Assembly (NCBI RefSeq): GCF_028368995.1
Contig: NZ_JAQNDL010000005.1
Location: forward strand, 512,001-576,000
Reading direction: 5' to 3'
Origin: Nannocystis bainbridge
GTDB lineage: Bacteria; Myxococcota_A; Polyangia; Nannocystales; Nannocystaceae
DNA: 64,000 nucleotides
The notes beneath the pieces were generated by a model. The model saw only the letters and a program-made list of their open reading frames with translations. It searched no databases and was not told the origin of the DNA. This document shows, piece after piece, positions 1-9,799 of this stretch (position 1 is its first letter; every line of letters starts with the position of its first letter). Position numbers and translations under genes: made by a program.

Positions 1-23
1 CGTGCATCGAGTTCGTCAACCAT
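1..23 (-). CDS. 5' end of a gene running off the window (possible anti-sigma partner of the ECF)
   Basis: ATG at 23-21 overlaps the ECF stop (ATGGTTGA); reads MVDELDA; function inferred from position only. Confidence 0.4.
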
Positions 24-603
24 GGGAACCTCCGGCCGCGCCGCCGTGCAAAGCGGCGACGAACGCCGCGAACCGCGACCGCGCCGCCCGCAGGCGGGTG
101 TACACGGTGTTGACATTGAGATCGAGCGCCGCGCTCACCTCGTGCGCGCGCAGCCCTTCGATCTCGAACAGCTCGAACACGACCCGCTGCTCCGGGGTCA
201 ACGACGCCAGGAATTGCGCCACCGTCGCGGCGGCCTGCGAGCGCTCGAGCCACTCCGCCGGCCCCTCCGCGGGCCCGGGCTCGGGCACCTCGGCGTGCCG
301 CCGCTGGCGCCGCTGATCGCCGCGCCGGCGGTTGCTGGCGATCCCGCGCGTGATGGCGTAGAGCCAGGTCGTGATCGCCGCGCTGCCGTCGAACTCCGGC
401 AGGCGCCGCAGGACCACCAAAAACACCTCGTGCGCGGCGTCCTCGATCTCCGGCTCGGGCACCCCCAGCCGCCGCAGGTTGCGCCACACGAAGCCGACGT
501 GCTCGCGGTAGACCGCCTCGAACTCGCGATCGGCCGCGGACGCCTGGGCGGAGTCGACGAGCGGGCCTGACAGGGCGGCGGCGATCATGCGCGCCGCGTT
601 CAT
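16..603 (-). CDS. ECF-type RNA polymerase sigma-70 factor
   Basis: Region 2 (VWRNLRRLG..EDAAHEVF..TWLYAI) and region 4 (LTPEQRVVFEL..EVSAAL..NTVYTRLRAAR). Confidence 0.93.
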   Translation of the reverse strand: MNAARMIAAALSGPLVDSAQASAADREFEAVYREHVGFVWRNLRRLGVPEPEIEDAAHEVFLVVLRRLPEFDGSAAITTWLYAITRGIASNRRRGDQRRQRRHAEVPEPGPAEGPAEWLERSQAAATVAQFLASLTPEQRVVFELFEIEGLRAHEVSAALDLNVNTVYTRLRAARSRFAAFVAALHGGAAGGSHG

Positions 604-637
604 GTCCGGGCCCGGCGAGAATCGTTGGCCCCCCCGC

Positions 638-1948
638 TCACGGCAGCCGGACCTCGACGCCGGCGGTCGCGGTGGCCCCGACGGCGGCGCTGCAGCACAC
701 GTCGCCGCGCCCGGCGACCTGGAACCGCGGGCGCGTCAGCAGCACCAGCAGGTCGGCGCCGAAGGTCAGCGCGACCCGCGGCGCCACCCGCACGTGCAGG
801 CCCGGGCCGGCGGTCGCGGCCGCCCACACCGAAGTGGCGCGATAGGAGGTGGCGAGGTCGCCGATGCCCTGGCCACGCAGCGCCCCGACCTCGACGCCGG
901 CGCACAGCGGGGCCTCCACGCGGCCCTTGCCGACGATCCCGCAGCCGCGCAGGCCGGTCGCCGCCAGCCACATGCGCCCGCCGACGCGCTCGTCCTCGGC
1001 CGCCGGCAGGTCCCGCGGCAGCCAGAAGCTCTGCGTCACCGCGACCGACCAGCGCCGGCCGCGGAGTCCGACCGCGGCCCGCAGCAGCGCCGAGACCCCC
1101 GGCAGCGCCCCCGCGCCGATCCCCGCGCCGAGGCCCAGGGTGGCCCGGCGGGCGGCCTGCGGGCGAGCGGGCGGTTTCGCGCGCGGTTCGACGTCGGGCT
1201 GCGAGCCCGGCAACTCCGGCTCGAGCTCCCCGGGCGCCGGCGGCAGCGGCACGACCGCCGCGGGCTCCGCAGCCGGGCCGTCCACTGGTGACCCCGCGGG
1301 CCCAGCCGGTCCCGCCGGTACCGTCGGCCCTCCCGCTCCTCCGGGCCCCGCCGGCCCCGCCGGGCCAGGCCCCGTCGACCCCGGCCCTCCTGGCCCTCCA
1401 GGTCTTCCAGGACCAGCCGCTCCCGACCCAGCCGGTCCAGTCCCTCCCGACCCTCCCGGCCCTCCTGGCCCTCCAGGACCAGCCGCTCCCGGCCCTCCAG
1501 ACCCGCCTGGCCCAACGGGTCCAGGGCCTCCCGACCCTCCTGGCCCTCCCGACCCCGCCGGCCCTCCTGGAGCTTGCCCGGGCGGCGTCACGGCTCCGGT
1601 CTGCAGCTCCGGCGCCGCCGCGATGGCCGTCAGCAGCGCCGCAGCCTCGGCCAGCGCCTCGCAGCGGTCGGCCTCGAGGGTCCGGCGGCCGTGACCCTCG
1701 CGGCTGGTGATGGACGCCTCGAGCCGCCAGCGCCCGCCTGGCAGCGGCGCCACCCACAGCTCGACCCGCGGCGGCGCGTCGGTCCGCGCCGGCGCGCGTG
1801 CCAGCAGCCCGGCGATCTGCGCCCGCACGGCCGCCTCGCTCGGACACCCCGGCGGCGCCGACCAGCGGACCTCCGGCATCGCCGGGCCCGGTCCGGGCGA
1901 GGGCGCCGGCGCGAGGACCAGCGCGGCGCACGTGATGAGCGCGAGCAT
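638..1948 (-). CDS. Secreted protein with Gly/Pro-rich linker and probable C-terminal beta-barrel, in an operon with the ECF
   Basis: Signal peptide, WxAPxGCP motif, GPGG repeats, alternating beta-strand C-terminus ending AGVEVRLP. Confidence 0.75.
   Translation of the reverse strand: MLALITCAALVLAPAPSPGPGPAMPEVRWSAPPGCPSEAAVRAQIAGLLARAPARTDAPPRVELWVAPLPGGRWRLEASITSREGHGRRTLEADRCEALAEAAALLTAIAAAPELQTGAVTPPGQAPGGPAGSGGPGGSGGPGPVGPGGSGGPGAAGPGGPGGPGGSGGTGPAGSGAAGPGRPGGPGGPGSTGPGPAGPAGPGGAGGPTVPAGPAGPAGSPVDGPAAEPAAVVPLPPAPGELEPELPGSQPDVEPRAKPPARPQAARRATLGLGAGIGAGALPGVSALLRAAVGLRGRRWSVAVTQSFWLPRDLPAAEDERVGGRMWLAATGLRGCGIVGKGRVEAPLCAGVEVGALRGQGIGDLATSYRATSVWAAATAGPGLHVRVAPRVALTFGADLLVLLTRPRFQVAGRGDVCCSAAVGATATAGVEVRLP
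1285..1575 (-). repeat. Low-complexity GPG/GPA/GSG coding repeat
   Basis: Repeated ccctcc(t/c)ggccc-type units encoding GGPGGSGGPG. Confidence 0.8.
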
Positions 1949-2331
1949 CGGCGGCGCAGCCTAGCCGGCCTCGGTCGCGAACCCAACCCCGAAGCGCACG
2001 CGACAATTCGCGCGGGCCCTGCCGCCATTGCAGTCCCCGCCTCACGCACCCGGACGATTCACGCACCCGCCGCGGGCCGACCCTCCTCATTGTCGATACC
2101 CCCGATTCTTCACCATCACGGGTATCGCCCCCGCGTCGCTGCGATTCACGGCACTCGCGCTTGCGAATCACGCCGCGCCCCCTGACCCCCTCACCGAACC
2201 TCACCGAATCCACGCACTGCTCGCGGCCCGAGCGACGCGAAAGCCCGCAGCGAAGGATTACGCAGCAGGTCGCAGCCTCGCGCGAGATCCGGGTTGCAAC
2301 GCCCCCGCGACCTCGCCGATGCTCGCGCCCC

Positions 2332-3243
2332 ATGCGCCCGCTCTTCGCCCGCTCCTCGCTCCTCGCTCTCCTGCCCCGCCGCGCTCCGCTCGCGTTGTCG
2401 GCCCTCCTGGCCTGCGGCGGCGCCGGCCAGGCCGCCAGCGACAGCGACACCGACGCCACCACCCAGCCCACCGGCGACACCGACGCCACCACCCAGGGCG
2501 AGGCCGTGTGCGGCGACGGCGAGGTCGCGGGCGCCGAGGTCTGTGACGACGGCGCGGACAACGGCGTCGGCGGCGGGTGCAAGGCCGACTGCAGCGGCCT
2601 CCACGTCGCCACCGTCGAGGGTGACGCGATCCCGTTCGACGCCAGCCCCGACGGTCGCATCGAGGGCGCCGAGGTCGGCATCCTCGAGTTCCCCGACCTC
2701 CGCGTCGTGACCGCGGCCGACGGCCACTTCAAGTTCGAGGGCCTGCCGGTCGGCGCCGACATCACGCTGACGATGCAGCACCCCGACTATCACCCGATCC
2801 AGACCGGCACCCACGTGGTCCCCGCCGAGGGCCTGCAGCGGATCACCTTCCAGGCCGTCACCCACGCCATCTACGACGCCCTCGGCGCCATCGTCATGGT
2901 CACCCCCGACGAGGCCAACCTGTGCCAGATGGTCACCACCGTCACCCGCGTCGGCAAGTCGATCTACGACCCCGGCGCCCACGGCGAGGCCGACGTGATC
3001 GTCACCCTCGACCCGCCGCTGCCCGCCGAGAGCGGCCCGATCTACTTCAACTCGAGCGTAATCCCCGAGCCCGGCCTGACCCAGACCAGCGACGACGGCG
3101 GCGTGCTGTTCGTCCAGGTCCCGCCCGGCGATTACACGTGGACCGCCAGCAAGGCCGGCGCCGAGTTCCGCCAGGTGCGCATGAAGTGCCGCGCCGGCTG
3201 GCTGATCAACGCCGCCCCGCCGTGGGGCCTGCAGCGCCTGTGA
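2332..3243 (+). CDS. Lipoprotein with myxobacterial Cys-rich repeat and carboxypeptidase-regulatory-like domains
   Basis: Lipobox LLAC, Thr/Asp linker, CGDGEVAGAEVCDDGADNG motif, ADGHFKFEGLP. Confidence 0.8.
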   Translation: MRPLFARSSLLALLPRRAPLALSALLACGGAGQAASDSDTDATTQPTGDTDATTQGEAVCGDGEVAGAEVCDDGADNGVGGGCKADCSGLHVATVEGDAIPFDASPDGRIEGAEVGILEFPDLRVVTAADGHFKFEGLPVGADITLTMQHPDYHPIQTGTHVVPAEGLQRITFQAVTHAIYDALGAIVMVTPDEANLCQMVTTVTRVGKSIYDPGAHGEADVIVTLDPPLPAESGPIYFNSSVIPEPGLTQTSDDGGVLFVQVPPGDYTWTASKAGAEFRQVRMKCRAGWLINAAPPWGLQRL

Positions 3244-3263
3244 GCCGCGGTGATGCTCTAAAG

Positions 3264-3299
3264 GACATGTCCCGCCAGACATGTCCCACAGAACATCCC
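3264..3299. repeat. 14-bp-period GACATGTC repeat (3 units) between convergent genes
   Basis: GACATGTC 3264, GACATGTC 3278, AACATCCC 3292. Confidence 0.8.
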
Positions 3300-3301
3300 G
3301 A

Positions 3302-4357
3302 TCACGGCGCCGTGCAGCGACCGAGGTGATCCTTGCCCGGCACCTCGCCCGGGGCGAACAGCGCCACGCACTCGAACCCCTGGCCGGGGCAGGTGTTCGG
3401 CGCGTTCACGTCGCAGAACGGGACGCAACAGCCGGTCGAGGCCAGGTCGCAGCCCGGCACCATCTCGCTCTCGACGCAGCCGAGCCCCGGCTTGCAGACG
3501 TTGGCGAACTCGCACGGGTCGAACGCGAAGCCGCTCTCCTCGCTCATGTCGACGGCGCACACGAACTGGGCCGGCATGGGCGACAGGAACACGCAGAGGT
3601 CGTCCCCGGGGCAGCTGTCGGGGTCCAGCGGATCGCAGTCCGGGAGGCACGTGATCAGGTGGTCGCCCCCCAGGTGACACGTGCTGCTCGGCGGGCAGAT
3701 CGGGTCGCGCACGCTGCCGGTGCACATGGCGATGCAGGTGCCGAACAGGCTCACCGGGTCGACGAACCAGCACATCTCGTGCGGCCCGCAGCTGTCCTGC
3801 CCGCTCATCGGCGCGCCGAACACCATGCACTCGTCGCCGACGCCGTCCGGCATGGGCACCAGGTCGACGCAGACGCTGTGGTCCCACCAGATCCCGTCGC
3901 TCGAGGCCGAGGCGCACTTCTTGCCCGGGGGACAATCATTGGTCCACAGGTCGCACTCCGAGGCCGGAGGGCCCGCGTCCAGCACGGGCCCCGAGGTCAT
4001 GCTCGTGACGTCGGCGGTCGTCTGGCCCAGGCTGTCGGTCTCGCCCGGCCCGGTCGTCGAGGTCGTGCCGTCCGGGCCGGTGGTGCCCGGCTCGGGCAGC
4101 GCCGTGGTCCCTGGCATCACCGTGGTCTCCGGCATCACCGTGGTCTCCGGCGTCCCGGTGGTCCCGCCCGGGGGCGGCCCCGAACTCGCGCTGGTGCCGG
4201 GCACGCCGCTGCCCCCCGAGCTGACATCCGCCCCGCTCGAGCCGGTGGACCCCGTGGCGCTCACCGCCGATGGTTCGTCGAGCGATCGCACGGTGCACCC
4301 GGCGAGCAACAGCGCGAGGACGGGGCCGGCCGAGATCGAGGATGTCCGGAGCGACAT
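3302..4357 (-). CDS. Cys-rich lipoprotein (CDLWxxDCPxGxKC myxobacterial family)
   Basis: Lipobox LAGC, Thr/Gly linker, CDLW..CDPL..CCVPFCD domain. Confidence 0.8.
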   Translation of the reverse strand: MSLRTSSISAGPVLALLLAGCTVRSLDEPSAVSATGSTGSSGADVSSGGSGVPGTSASSGPPPGGTTGTPETTVMPETTVMPGTTALPEPGTTGPDGTTSTTGPGETDSLGQTTADVTSMTSGPVLDAGPPASECDLWTNDCPPGKKCASASSDGIWWDHSVCVDLVPMPDGVGDECMVFGAPMSGQDSCGPHEMCWFVDPVSLFGTCIAMCTGSVRDPICPPSSTCHLGGDHLITCLPDCDPLDPDSCPGDDLCVFLSPMPAQFVCAVDMSEESGFAFDPCEFANVCKPGLGCVESEMVPGCDLASTGCCVPFCDVNAPNTCPGQGFECVALFAPGEVPGKDHLGRCTAP

Positions 4358-4374
4358 GTCTTTTAAAACCTGTT
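4339..4374. repeat. 14-bp-period repeat (3 units) overlapping the start codon
   Basis: AGGATGTC 4339, GACATGTC 4353, AACCTGTT 4367. Confidence 0.7.
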
Positions 4375-4639
4375 CTTTGGGATAGCCGCCGACCCACCTC
4401 GTGGCGGACCGCGGCCGTGATGTCGCGGCGGCACGATGGCACCCACGACCCGGGACAGCTTGACAGATGCCCTCGACGGCGCAAAGCCGCGGACATCCCC
4501 CCTGCGCGACTTCGTTCGCGCCGCTGCTCGCGCGAATCCACCGATCGCACCCGCCAGAAACATCGTGCGCCGGCGATCGAGCCGCATCGTCGTGCCCCGT
4601 TGCCGCTCCGCCGGCCCGCGAGCCCCGGCGCGCGCGCGC

Positions 4640-5926
4640 TCAGTCGCCCACGGCCCTTGCCTCGGCCGCGCGCGCGTCGTCCTCTTGCCCGAGCTCGCGG
4701 TACACCTCGGCCAGGTAGCTCCAGCCCTCGCGGTAGTCCGGCATCGCCTCGAGCGAGCGGAGCAGGTGATACAGCGCCAGCCGCGGGCGCCCGAGCCGGC
4801 GCAGCGCGTTGCCGAGGTTGTTGTGCGTCGCCTCGTGGTCGGGATCGATCAGCAGCGCCTCGCAGTACGCGTTCACCACCTCGTGGTCATCCTCGAGCGC
4901 GTAGGCGTACTGAAAATGCACGTCGATGTCCCTGCAGTTGCGCCCGCGCAGCGCGGCGAAGTGCTCGAGCGCGTCCTCCCGGCGCTCCAGCGCGTGCAGC
5001 AGCCGGTGACCGGCGTTGAAGGCCTTGATGTAGGCGCACCGCGGCCCGAACAGCCGCCGCCCCTCGGCCAGCTTGAGCAGCGCCTCGTCGCCCGGCGCGT
5101 CGGGATCGTCGCGGTCGTGGTCGGACATGCCGAACGCGGTCAGCGACGGCCGCCCCGCCACCAGCGCCTGCACCGCGGCGTGGCTCGGGCCCCAGAACCC
5201 GAGCTCGGTCCACTGCGGCGGCAGCGAGGCCACGACCGACGGATCCATCGCGGTCCGGCTCTCCCACGCGACGCGGCGCAGCTGCGGGCAGTGGGCCTGC
5301 GTCAGCGAGCGCAACACCGCTGGGTCACACTCGGCGCCGCTCGCCGTCTCCGCGCACACGGCCAGGCTGGTCAGCTGCGGCAGGTCGAGCCCGGCCAGCG
5401 ACGACGTGGGGTGGAGATAGAGCCCCAGCACCAGCTCGGTCGCGTCGCGCAGCGCGTTGGCGGCGGCGACCACCTCCGTCGAATGGTCGTCCTCGCTGAG
5501 GATCTCGCCGGTGTCCTGGTCGCAGTAGTCGGCGTTGAGGTAGAATCGCGTGACCCGCTGCGGGTGCTGCCTGGCCGCCTCGATCCACGCCTCCAGCCCG
5601 CCGTCGACCACGACCTCGATCTCCTCGACCTGCGCCAGCGCCGGCGCCGTCGCTATCGCGGGCCACAGCCCCGCCGCCTCGCTGCACTTCAGGGTGACCC
5701 GCCGGACCCACCCGTCGATGATCGCCACCGTGGTGTCCTGCGGCAGCGGCCCGAGCAGCTCGGCGCGGGCCTGCTTGAGCAATTGCTGCCAGCGCTTGAT
5801 CTGCTTGGCGTCGAACTCGACCTGACCGCGGGTGGCCAGGAACTCGAGCAGCTTGGCGTGCTTCGGTCCGACCGGATCGGCGACCGTGGCGGCGGAGGAT
5901 TGGGAGGGGTTCGTGGAGCTCGTCAT
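4640..5926 (-). CDS. Hypothetical protein with LRR-like region and C-terminal TPRs
   Basis: LPQLTSL/CPQLRRV repeats; TPR AYCEALLIDPDHEATHNNLGNALRRLG. Confidence 0.75.
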   Translation of the reverse strand: MTSSTNPSQSSAATVADPVGPKHAKLLEFLATRGQVEFDAKQIKRWQQLLKQARAELLGPLPQDTTVAIIDGWVRRVTLKCSEAAGLWPAIATAPALAQVEEIEVVVDGGLEAWIEAARQHPQRVTRFYLNADYCDQDTGEILSEDDHSTEVVAAANALRDATELVLGLYLHPTSSLAGLDLPQLTSLAVCAETASGAECDPAVLRSLTQAHCPQLRRVAWESRTAMDPSVVASLPPQWTELGFWGPSHAAVQALVAGRPSLTAFGMSDHDRDDPDAPGDEALLKLAEGRRLFGPRCAYIKAFNAGHRLLHALERREDALEHFAALRGRNCRDIDVHFQYAYALEDDHEVVNAYCEALLIDPDHEATHNNLGNALRRLGRPRLALYHLLRSLEAMPDYREGWSYLAEVYRELGQEDDARAAEARAVGD

Positions 5927-6170
5927 TGGTTCGCGGGGGGACGCGGGGGACTCGTCACGCCGCGGATGCAGCGCGCGCCGACGCTAACACGGGCTCCCCC
6001 GCACGCCTGGCGGCGATGCAGCCGCGAGGAGGCAAGACTTGCCTCACTCGCGGCTCGGTCCTCGGGGATGCCATGGCCGACGCCTCGCGGGCGCTGCTGC
6101 GGTACGTACGATTGCCCCCGCTTGACAAAATTCGGCCCTCGATTGTCTATGGCGCCAGGAATCATCAGAC

Positions 6171-7721
6171 ATGGCGAAGACGCGTCGCTTCGAGCTCGTC
6201 GAGGGCTCATCGAGCAAGTTCTGGGAGATCGCGGTCGAGGGTGACAGCGTGTCCGTGTCCTACGGACGCATCGGCGCGGCGGGGACCACCAAGGACAAGT
6301 CCTTCGCCTCGACCGACGAGGCCAAGCGCGAGGCCGCGAAGCTCGTCGCCGAGAAGACGAAGAAGGGCTACGCCGAGGTCTCTTCCCCCGCCAAGCCCAA
6401 GCCCGCCGCCGCCGCGAAGCCCGCTGCCGCCGCCGCTACCAAGCCCGCCGCCAAGGCCAAGCCCGCCGCCAAGACCAAGCCCGCCGCGGAGGCGCCGAAG
6501 AAGAGCTCCGTCGCCCCGGCTGCGAAGCCCGCCGCCCTCGCCGAGGCCAAGGCTCGGGCCGCAGCGCCGGCCGCAGAAGCGCCGCGTGCCACCTCGCCGG
6601 CGATCGACGCCCTGCTCACGGCGATCCGCAAGAAGCAGCGCCCCCTCGCCGCGCAGCTGCGGGCCCCGGCCTCTGCGGGCGGGCTCAAGGCCCTCCGCGG
6701 GCTCAAGGCCCCCGCGAGCATGCTGGACCTCTACGCCAGCTTCGACGGCTCGGAGGCCGAGCTGTTCGGCGCGTATCGACTGCTGCCGGTCGCCGACATC
6801 GAGGCGACGCGCGCCCAGATGAACGGCTTGCTGGCCGAGAACCCGAAGTGGGGCACGCGCGCCGGGGCCTGGCGCGCGGAATGGCTGCCTTTCATGGCCG
6901 ACGACGACGGTCAGCTCTATTGCCTCGACCCTGCCGGCTCGCTCGACGACGGCCCGCCCGGCCAGATCCTGGCCTACGACCACGAGACGGGGGCGCAGCG
7001 CGAGTTCACCGCGTTCGACGTGCTGCTCGATCTGCTCACCGCGCTGGCCAAGAAAGGCCTCCTCGATCAGGAGTCGCAGGAAGCGAGCGACGAGGCCCGG
7101 GCCCAATACGAGACCCTCCACGCGACCGCCCGCAACGTCGGCCTGGCGAAGATGCCGCCCAAGGACCTGAAGGCGGCGATCCGCTCGATCCAGAGCCTGA
7201 CCCGGCCTGGCGAGCAGCTCGCCATCGCGTTGCCGCTCGCGCGCAAGTACCCCGCCGAGTGCGACCTCTGGGGCGCCGTCGTCGACGCCTCCTCGGCCCA
7301 GGAGGACTGGGCCCTGGTCGCGCAGGCCGCCGCCAACGCCGAGCGGCTCACGCCGTCGCGCGACCGTCCCCGCTACGCGTCGACCCTCGCCGAGGCGTTG
7401 CACCGGCTCGGCCGCGACGACGAGGCGCTGGCGGTGGTCACGACCGCCATCAAGGCCAAGAAGCACTACCTCGCCAGCGAGATCCCGAGCGACGCCGCCC
7501 CCGCGTTTCGCGTGCGCTGCCTCGAGCGCGCGACGGAGCTCCGGCCCAAGGATTACGAGCTGTGGTTCTTGCTCGGCTCCGAAACCACGGACCGCGAGCA
7601 GCGCAAGGCCGCCCTCGAACGGGTGATCGCGCTGTGCAGCGACAAGGCGCTCATCCGCTTCAACGAGTCGCGCGCCCTGCCTTTCAAGGCCCAGGCCGCG
7701 GCGCTGCTCAAGGCCAAGTGA
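6171..7721 (+). CDS. WGR domain + AKP-rich linker + SMI1/KNR4-like + TPR-like protein
   Basis: SSKFWEI..YGRIG..EKTKKGY (WGR); WRAEWLPFMADDDGQLYCLD..GQI (SMI1/KNR4). Confidence 0.85.
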   Translation: MAKTRRFELVEGSSSKFWEIAVEGDSVSVSYGRIGAAGTTKDKSFASTDEAKREAAKLVAEKTKKGYAEVSSPAKPKPAAAAKPAAAAATKPAAKAKPAAKTKPAAEAPKKSSVAPAAKPAALAEAKARAAAPAAEAPRATSPAIDALLTAIRKKQRPLAAQLRAPASAGGLKALRGLKAPASMLDLYASFDGSEAELFGAYRLLPVADIEATRAQMNGLLAENPKWGTRAGAWRAEWLPFMADDDGQLYCLDPAGSLDDGPPGQILAYDHETGAQREFTAFDVLLDLLTALAKKGLLDQESQEASDEARAQYETLHATARNVGLAKMPPKDLKAAIRSIQSLTRPGEQLAIALPLARKYPAECDLWGAVVDASSAQEDWALVAQAAANAERLTPSRDRPRYASTLAEALHRLGRDDEALAVVTTAIKAKKHYLASEIPSDAAPAFRVRCLERATELRPKDYELWFLLGSETTDREQRKAALERVIALCSDKALIRFNESRALPFKAQAAALLKAK

Positions 7722-7782
7722 CCGCCCTCGCGGCCCGCCCCTCGCGCGCCGGCGGGGGGCTCGGTGCTCCCCTGCCGCGGCC

Positions 7783-8706
7783 TCACGACTTCGCCGCCAG
7801 CCCTTTGGCGATCCGCTGGATGTGGGCGCGGGCGAACCGGCACGGTGGGTCGTCGTCGGTCGCGGCCGGCCACAGCAGCTCCATCGTCCCGCTCGGCACC
7901 GCGAACGGCAGCGCCGTCGTGCGCAGGTGCGGCCGCACCTTGCGGATCTGCGCGGCCACCAGCGCCGGCACGGTCGCCAGCATCGCCGTGCCGTCGATCA
8001 GCGCCCCGAGGTTGGCGAACGAAGACACCGAGCAGCGGATGTTCCGCGTCTTGCCGAAGTAGTCCTCGACCACCCCGCGCAGGTCGCCGTTGTACGAGAC
8101 GATGATGTGCTCGCGGGCGAAGTACTCGCGCTCGCTCAGCTTGCGCAGCCGCGCGTGACGCGGGTCGTACAGGCAGGTGAAGCTGCCGGTGATCAGGCGC
8201 TCGCGGCGGATCGACCCCGGCAGCTCGTCGGCGACGGTGACCGCCGCGTCGAGCCCCGCGGCCAGGGCGGCGCCGACGGTGCGGAACTGGACCGGGATGG
8301 CGACCACGCGCATGCGCGGGGCCTCGCTCGCCAGCGCCTGCAACAGCCGCGGCAGCAGCCACAGCTCCGTCGAGTCCGACAGCCCGAGCCGCAGCGTGCG
8401 CTCGCTGGTCGCAGGGTCGAACGTCGGGGCCGTCAGCGCCGCATCGATGAGCGGCTGCAGGTGCGGCCGCACGCCCGCCCGCAGGCGCTCGCCGCGGCTC
8501 GTCAGCACCAGCCCGCGACCGCTGCGCACGAACAGCGGCGCGCCCACGGCGGTCGTCAGCCGGCGCAGCGCGGCGCTGACCGCCGGCTGCGTCAGGTACA
8601 GCCGCGCCGCCGCCTCGGTCACGCTGCCGGCCTCCGCGACCACGGCGAACACCCGCAGCAGGTTGAGGTCGAGGTCCCTTCCATAACTGTTGTTCATGTC
8701 CAGCAT
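7783..8706 (-). CDS. LysR family transcriptional regulator
   Basis: DLNLLRVF..GSVTEAAARLYLTQPAVSAALRRL HTH. Confidence 0.95.
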   Translation of the reverse strand: MLDMNNSYGRDLDLNLLRVFAVVAEAGSVTEAAARLYLTQPAVSAALRRLTTAVGAPLFVRSGRGLVLTSRGERLRAGVRPHLQPLIDAALTAPTFDPATSERTLRLGLSDSTELWLLPRLLQALASEAPRMRVVAIPVQFRTVGAALAAGLDAAVTVADELPGSIRRERLITGSFTCLYDPRHARLRKLSEREYFAREHIIVSYNGDLRGVVEDYFGKTRNIRCSVSSFANLGALIDGTAMLATVPALVAAQIRKVRPHLRTTALPFAVPSGTMELLWPAATDDDPPCRFARAHIQRIAKGLAAKS

Positions 8707-8755
8707 ACATCCTATTCACTGGAGCGATGCGACGCCAGGGGCTACGTTACGGCCC

Positions 8756-9757
8756 ATGACGACTCGGACAACCAAGCTCGGCACCCACGGCCCCGCCGTC
8801 TTCCCGCTCGCTCTCGGCTGCATGGGCCTCGGCGCCGGCAGCTGGTACGGCGCCCGCGACGACGCCGAGGGCATCGCCACCATCCACGCCGCCCTCGAGC
8901 GCGGGGTCGACCTGCTCGACACCGGCGATTTCTACGGCATGGGCAAGAACGAGCTGCTGGTCGGCAAGGCGATCGCCGACCGCCGCGACCGCGTCCTGCT
9001 CAGCGTCAAGTACGGCGGCCAGCGCGGGCCCGACGGCGCCTTCCTCGGCTTCGACGCCAGCCCGGCCGCCAGCAAGACCGCGCTCGCCTACAGCCTGACC
9101 CGCCTCGGCGTCGATTACATCGACATCTACCGCCCGGCCCGCCTCGACCCGCGCGTGCCGATCGAGGACACGATCGGCGCGCTGGCCGAGCTGGTGAAGG
9201 CGGGCTACGTCCGCTACATCAGCCTGTCCGAGGTCGGCGCCGAGACGATCGCGCGCGCCGCCGCGGTCCACCCGCTGTGCGACCTGCAGATCGAGTACGG
9301 CCTGACGACCCGCGGGCCCGAGGCGACGATCATCCCGGCGCTGCGCCAGCACGGCATGGCGATGACGGCCTACGGGGTGCTGTCGCGCGGGCTGCTCACC
9401 GGCAGCAAGCCGACCGGCGACGACATGCGGGCCCACCTGCCCCGCTTCACCGGCGACAACGCGGCCAAGAACGAGCCGCTGGTGGCCGCCCTGCACCGCC
9501 TGGCCGAGGCGCGCGGGGTGTCGCCGGCCCAGCTGGCGATCGCGTGGGCGCGGGCCAAGGGCGCCGCGCAAGGCGTGACGGTGATCCCGACGATCGGCTC
9601 GCGCACGCCGCAGCAGATCGAGGACTCGATCGCAGCCCTGGCGCTCGAGCTGACCGCCGCCGAGGTCGCCGCGCTCGAGACCGCGGTGCCGGCCAAGGCC
9701 GTGGCCGGCGACCGCTACCCGGCGCCGATGATGGCCGGCCTCGACAGCGAGCGCTGA
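8756..9757 (+). CDS. Aldo/keto reductase
   Basis: LGCMG, DTGDFYG, RLGVDYIDIY, LQIEY; divergent from LysR. Confidence 0.93.
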   Translation: MTTRTTKLGTHGPAVFPLALGCMGLGAGSWYGARDDAEGIATIHAALERGVDLLDTGDFYGMGKNELLVGKAIADRRDRVLLSVKYGGQRGPDGAFLGFDASPAASKTALAYSLTRLGVDYIDIYRPARLDPRVPIEDTIGALAELVKAGYVRYISLSEVGAETIARAAAVHPLCDLQIEYGLTTRGPEATIIPALRQHGMAMTAYGVLSRGLLTGSKPTGDDMRAHLPRFTGDNAAKNEPLVAALHRLAEARGVSPAQLAIAWARAKGAAQGVTVIPTIGSRTPQQIEDSIAALALELTAAEVAALETAVPAKAVAGDRYPAPMMAGLDSER

Positions 9758-9761
9758 GATA

Positions 9762-9797
9762 AACGTGCTCGAAAGGACATGTCGCCGAGGACATGTC
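9762..9797. repeat. 14-bp-period GACATGTC repeat (3 units) between convergent genes
   Basis: AACGTGCT 9762, GACATGTC 9776, GACATGTC 9790. Confidence 0.8.
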
Positions 9798-9799
9798 CT

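Noticed and set aside
3263-3272. GGACATGTCC equals a p53 half-site
   Set aside because: Coincidental in a bacterial genome; no supporting evidence.
4470-4500. c-di-GMP-I riboswitch (GCAAAGCC-like segment)
   Set aside because: The upstream GGCAAACC/GAAA P2 stem is absent.
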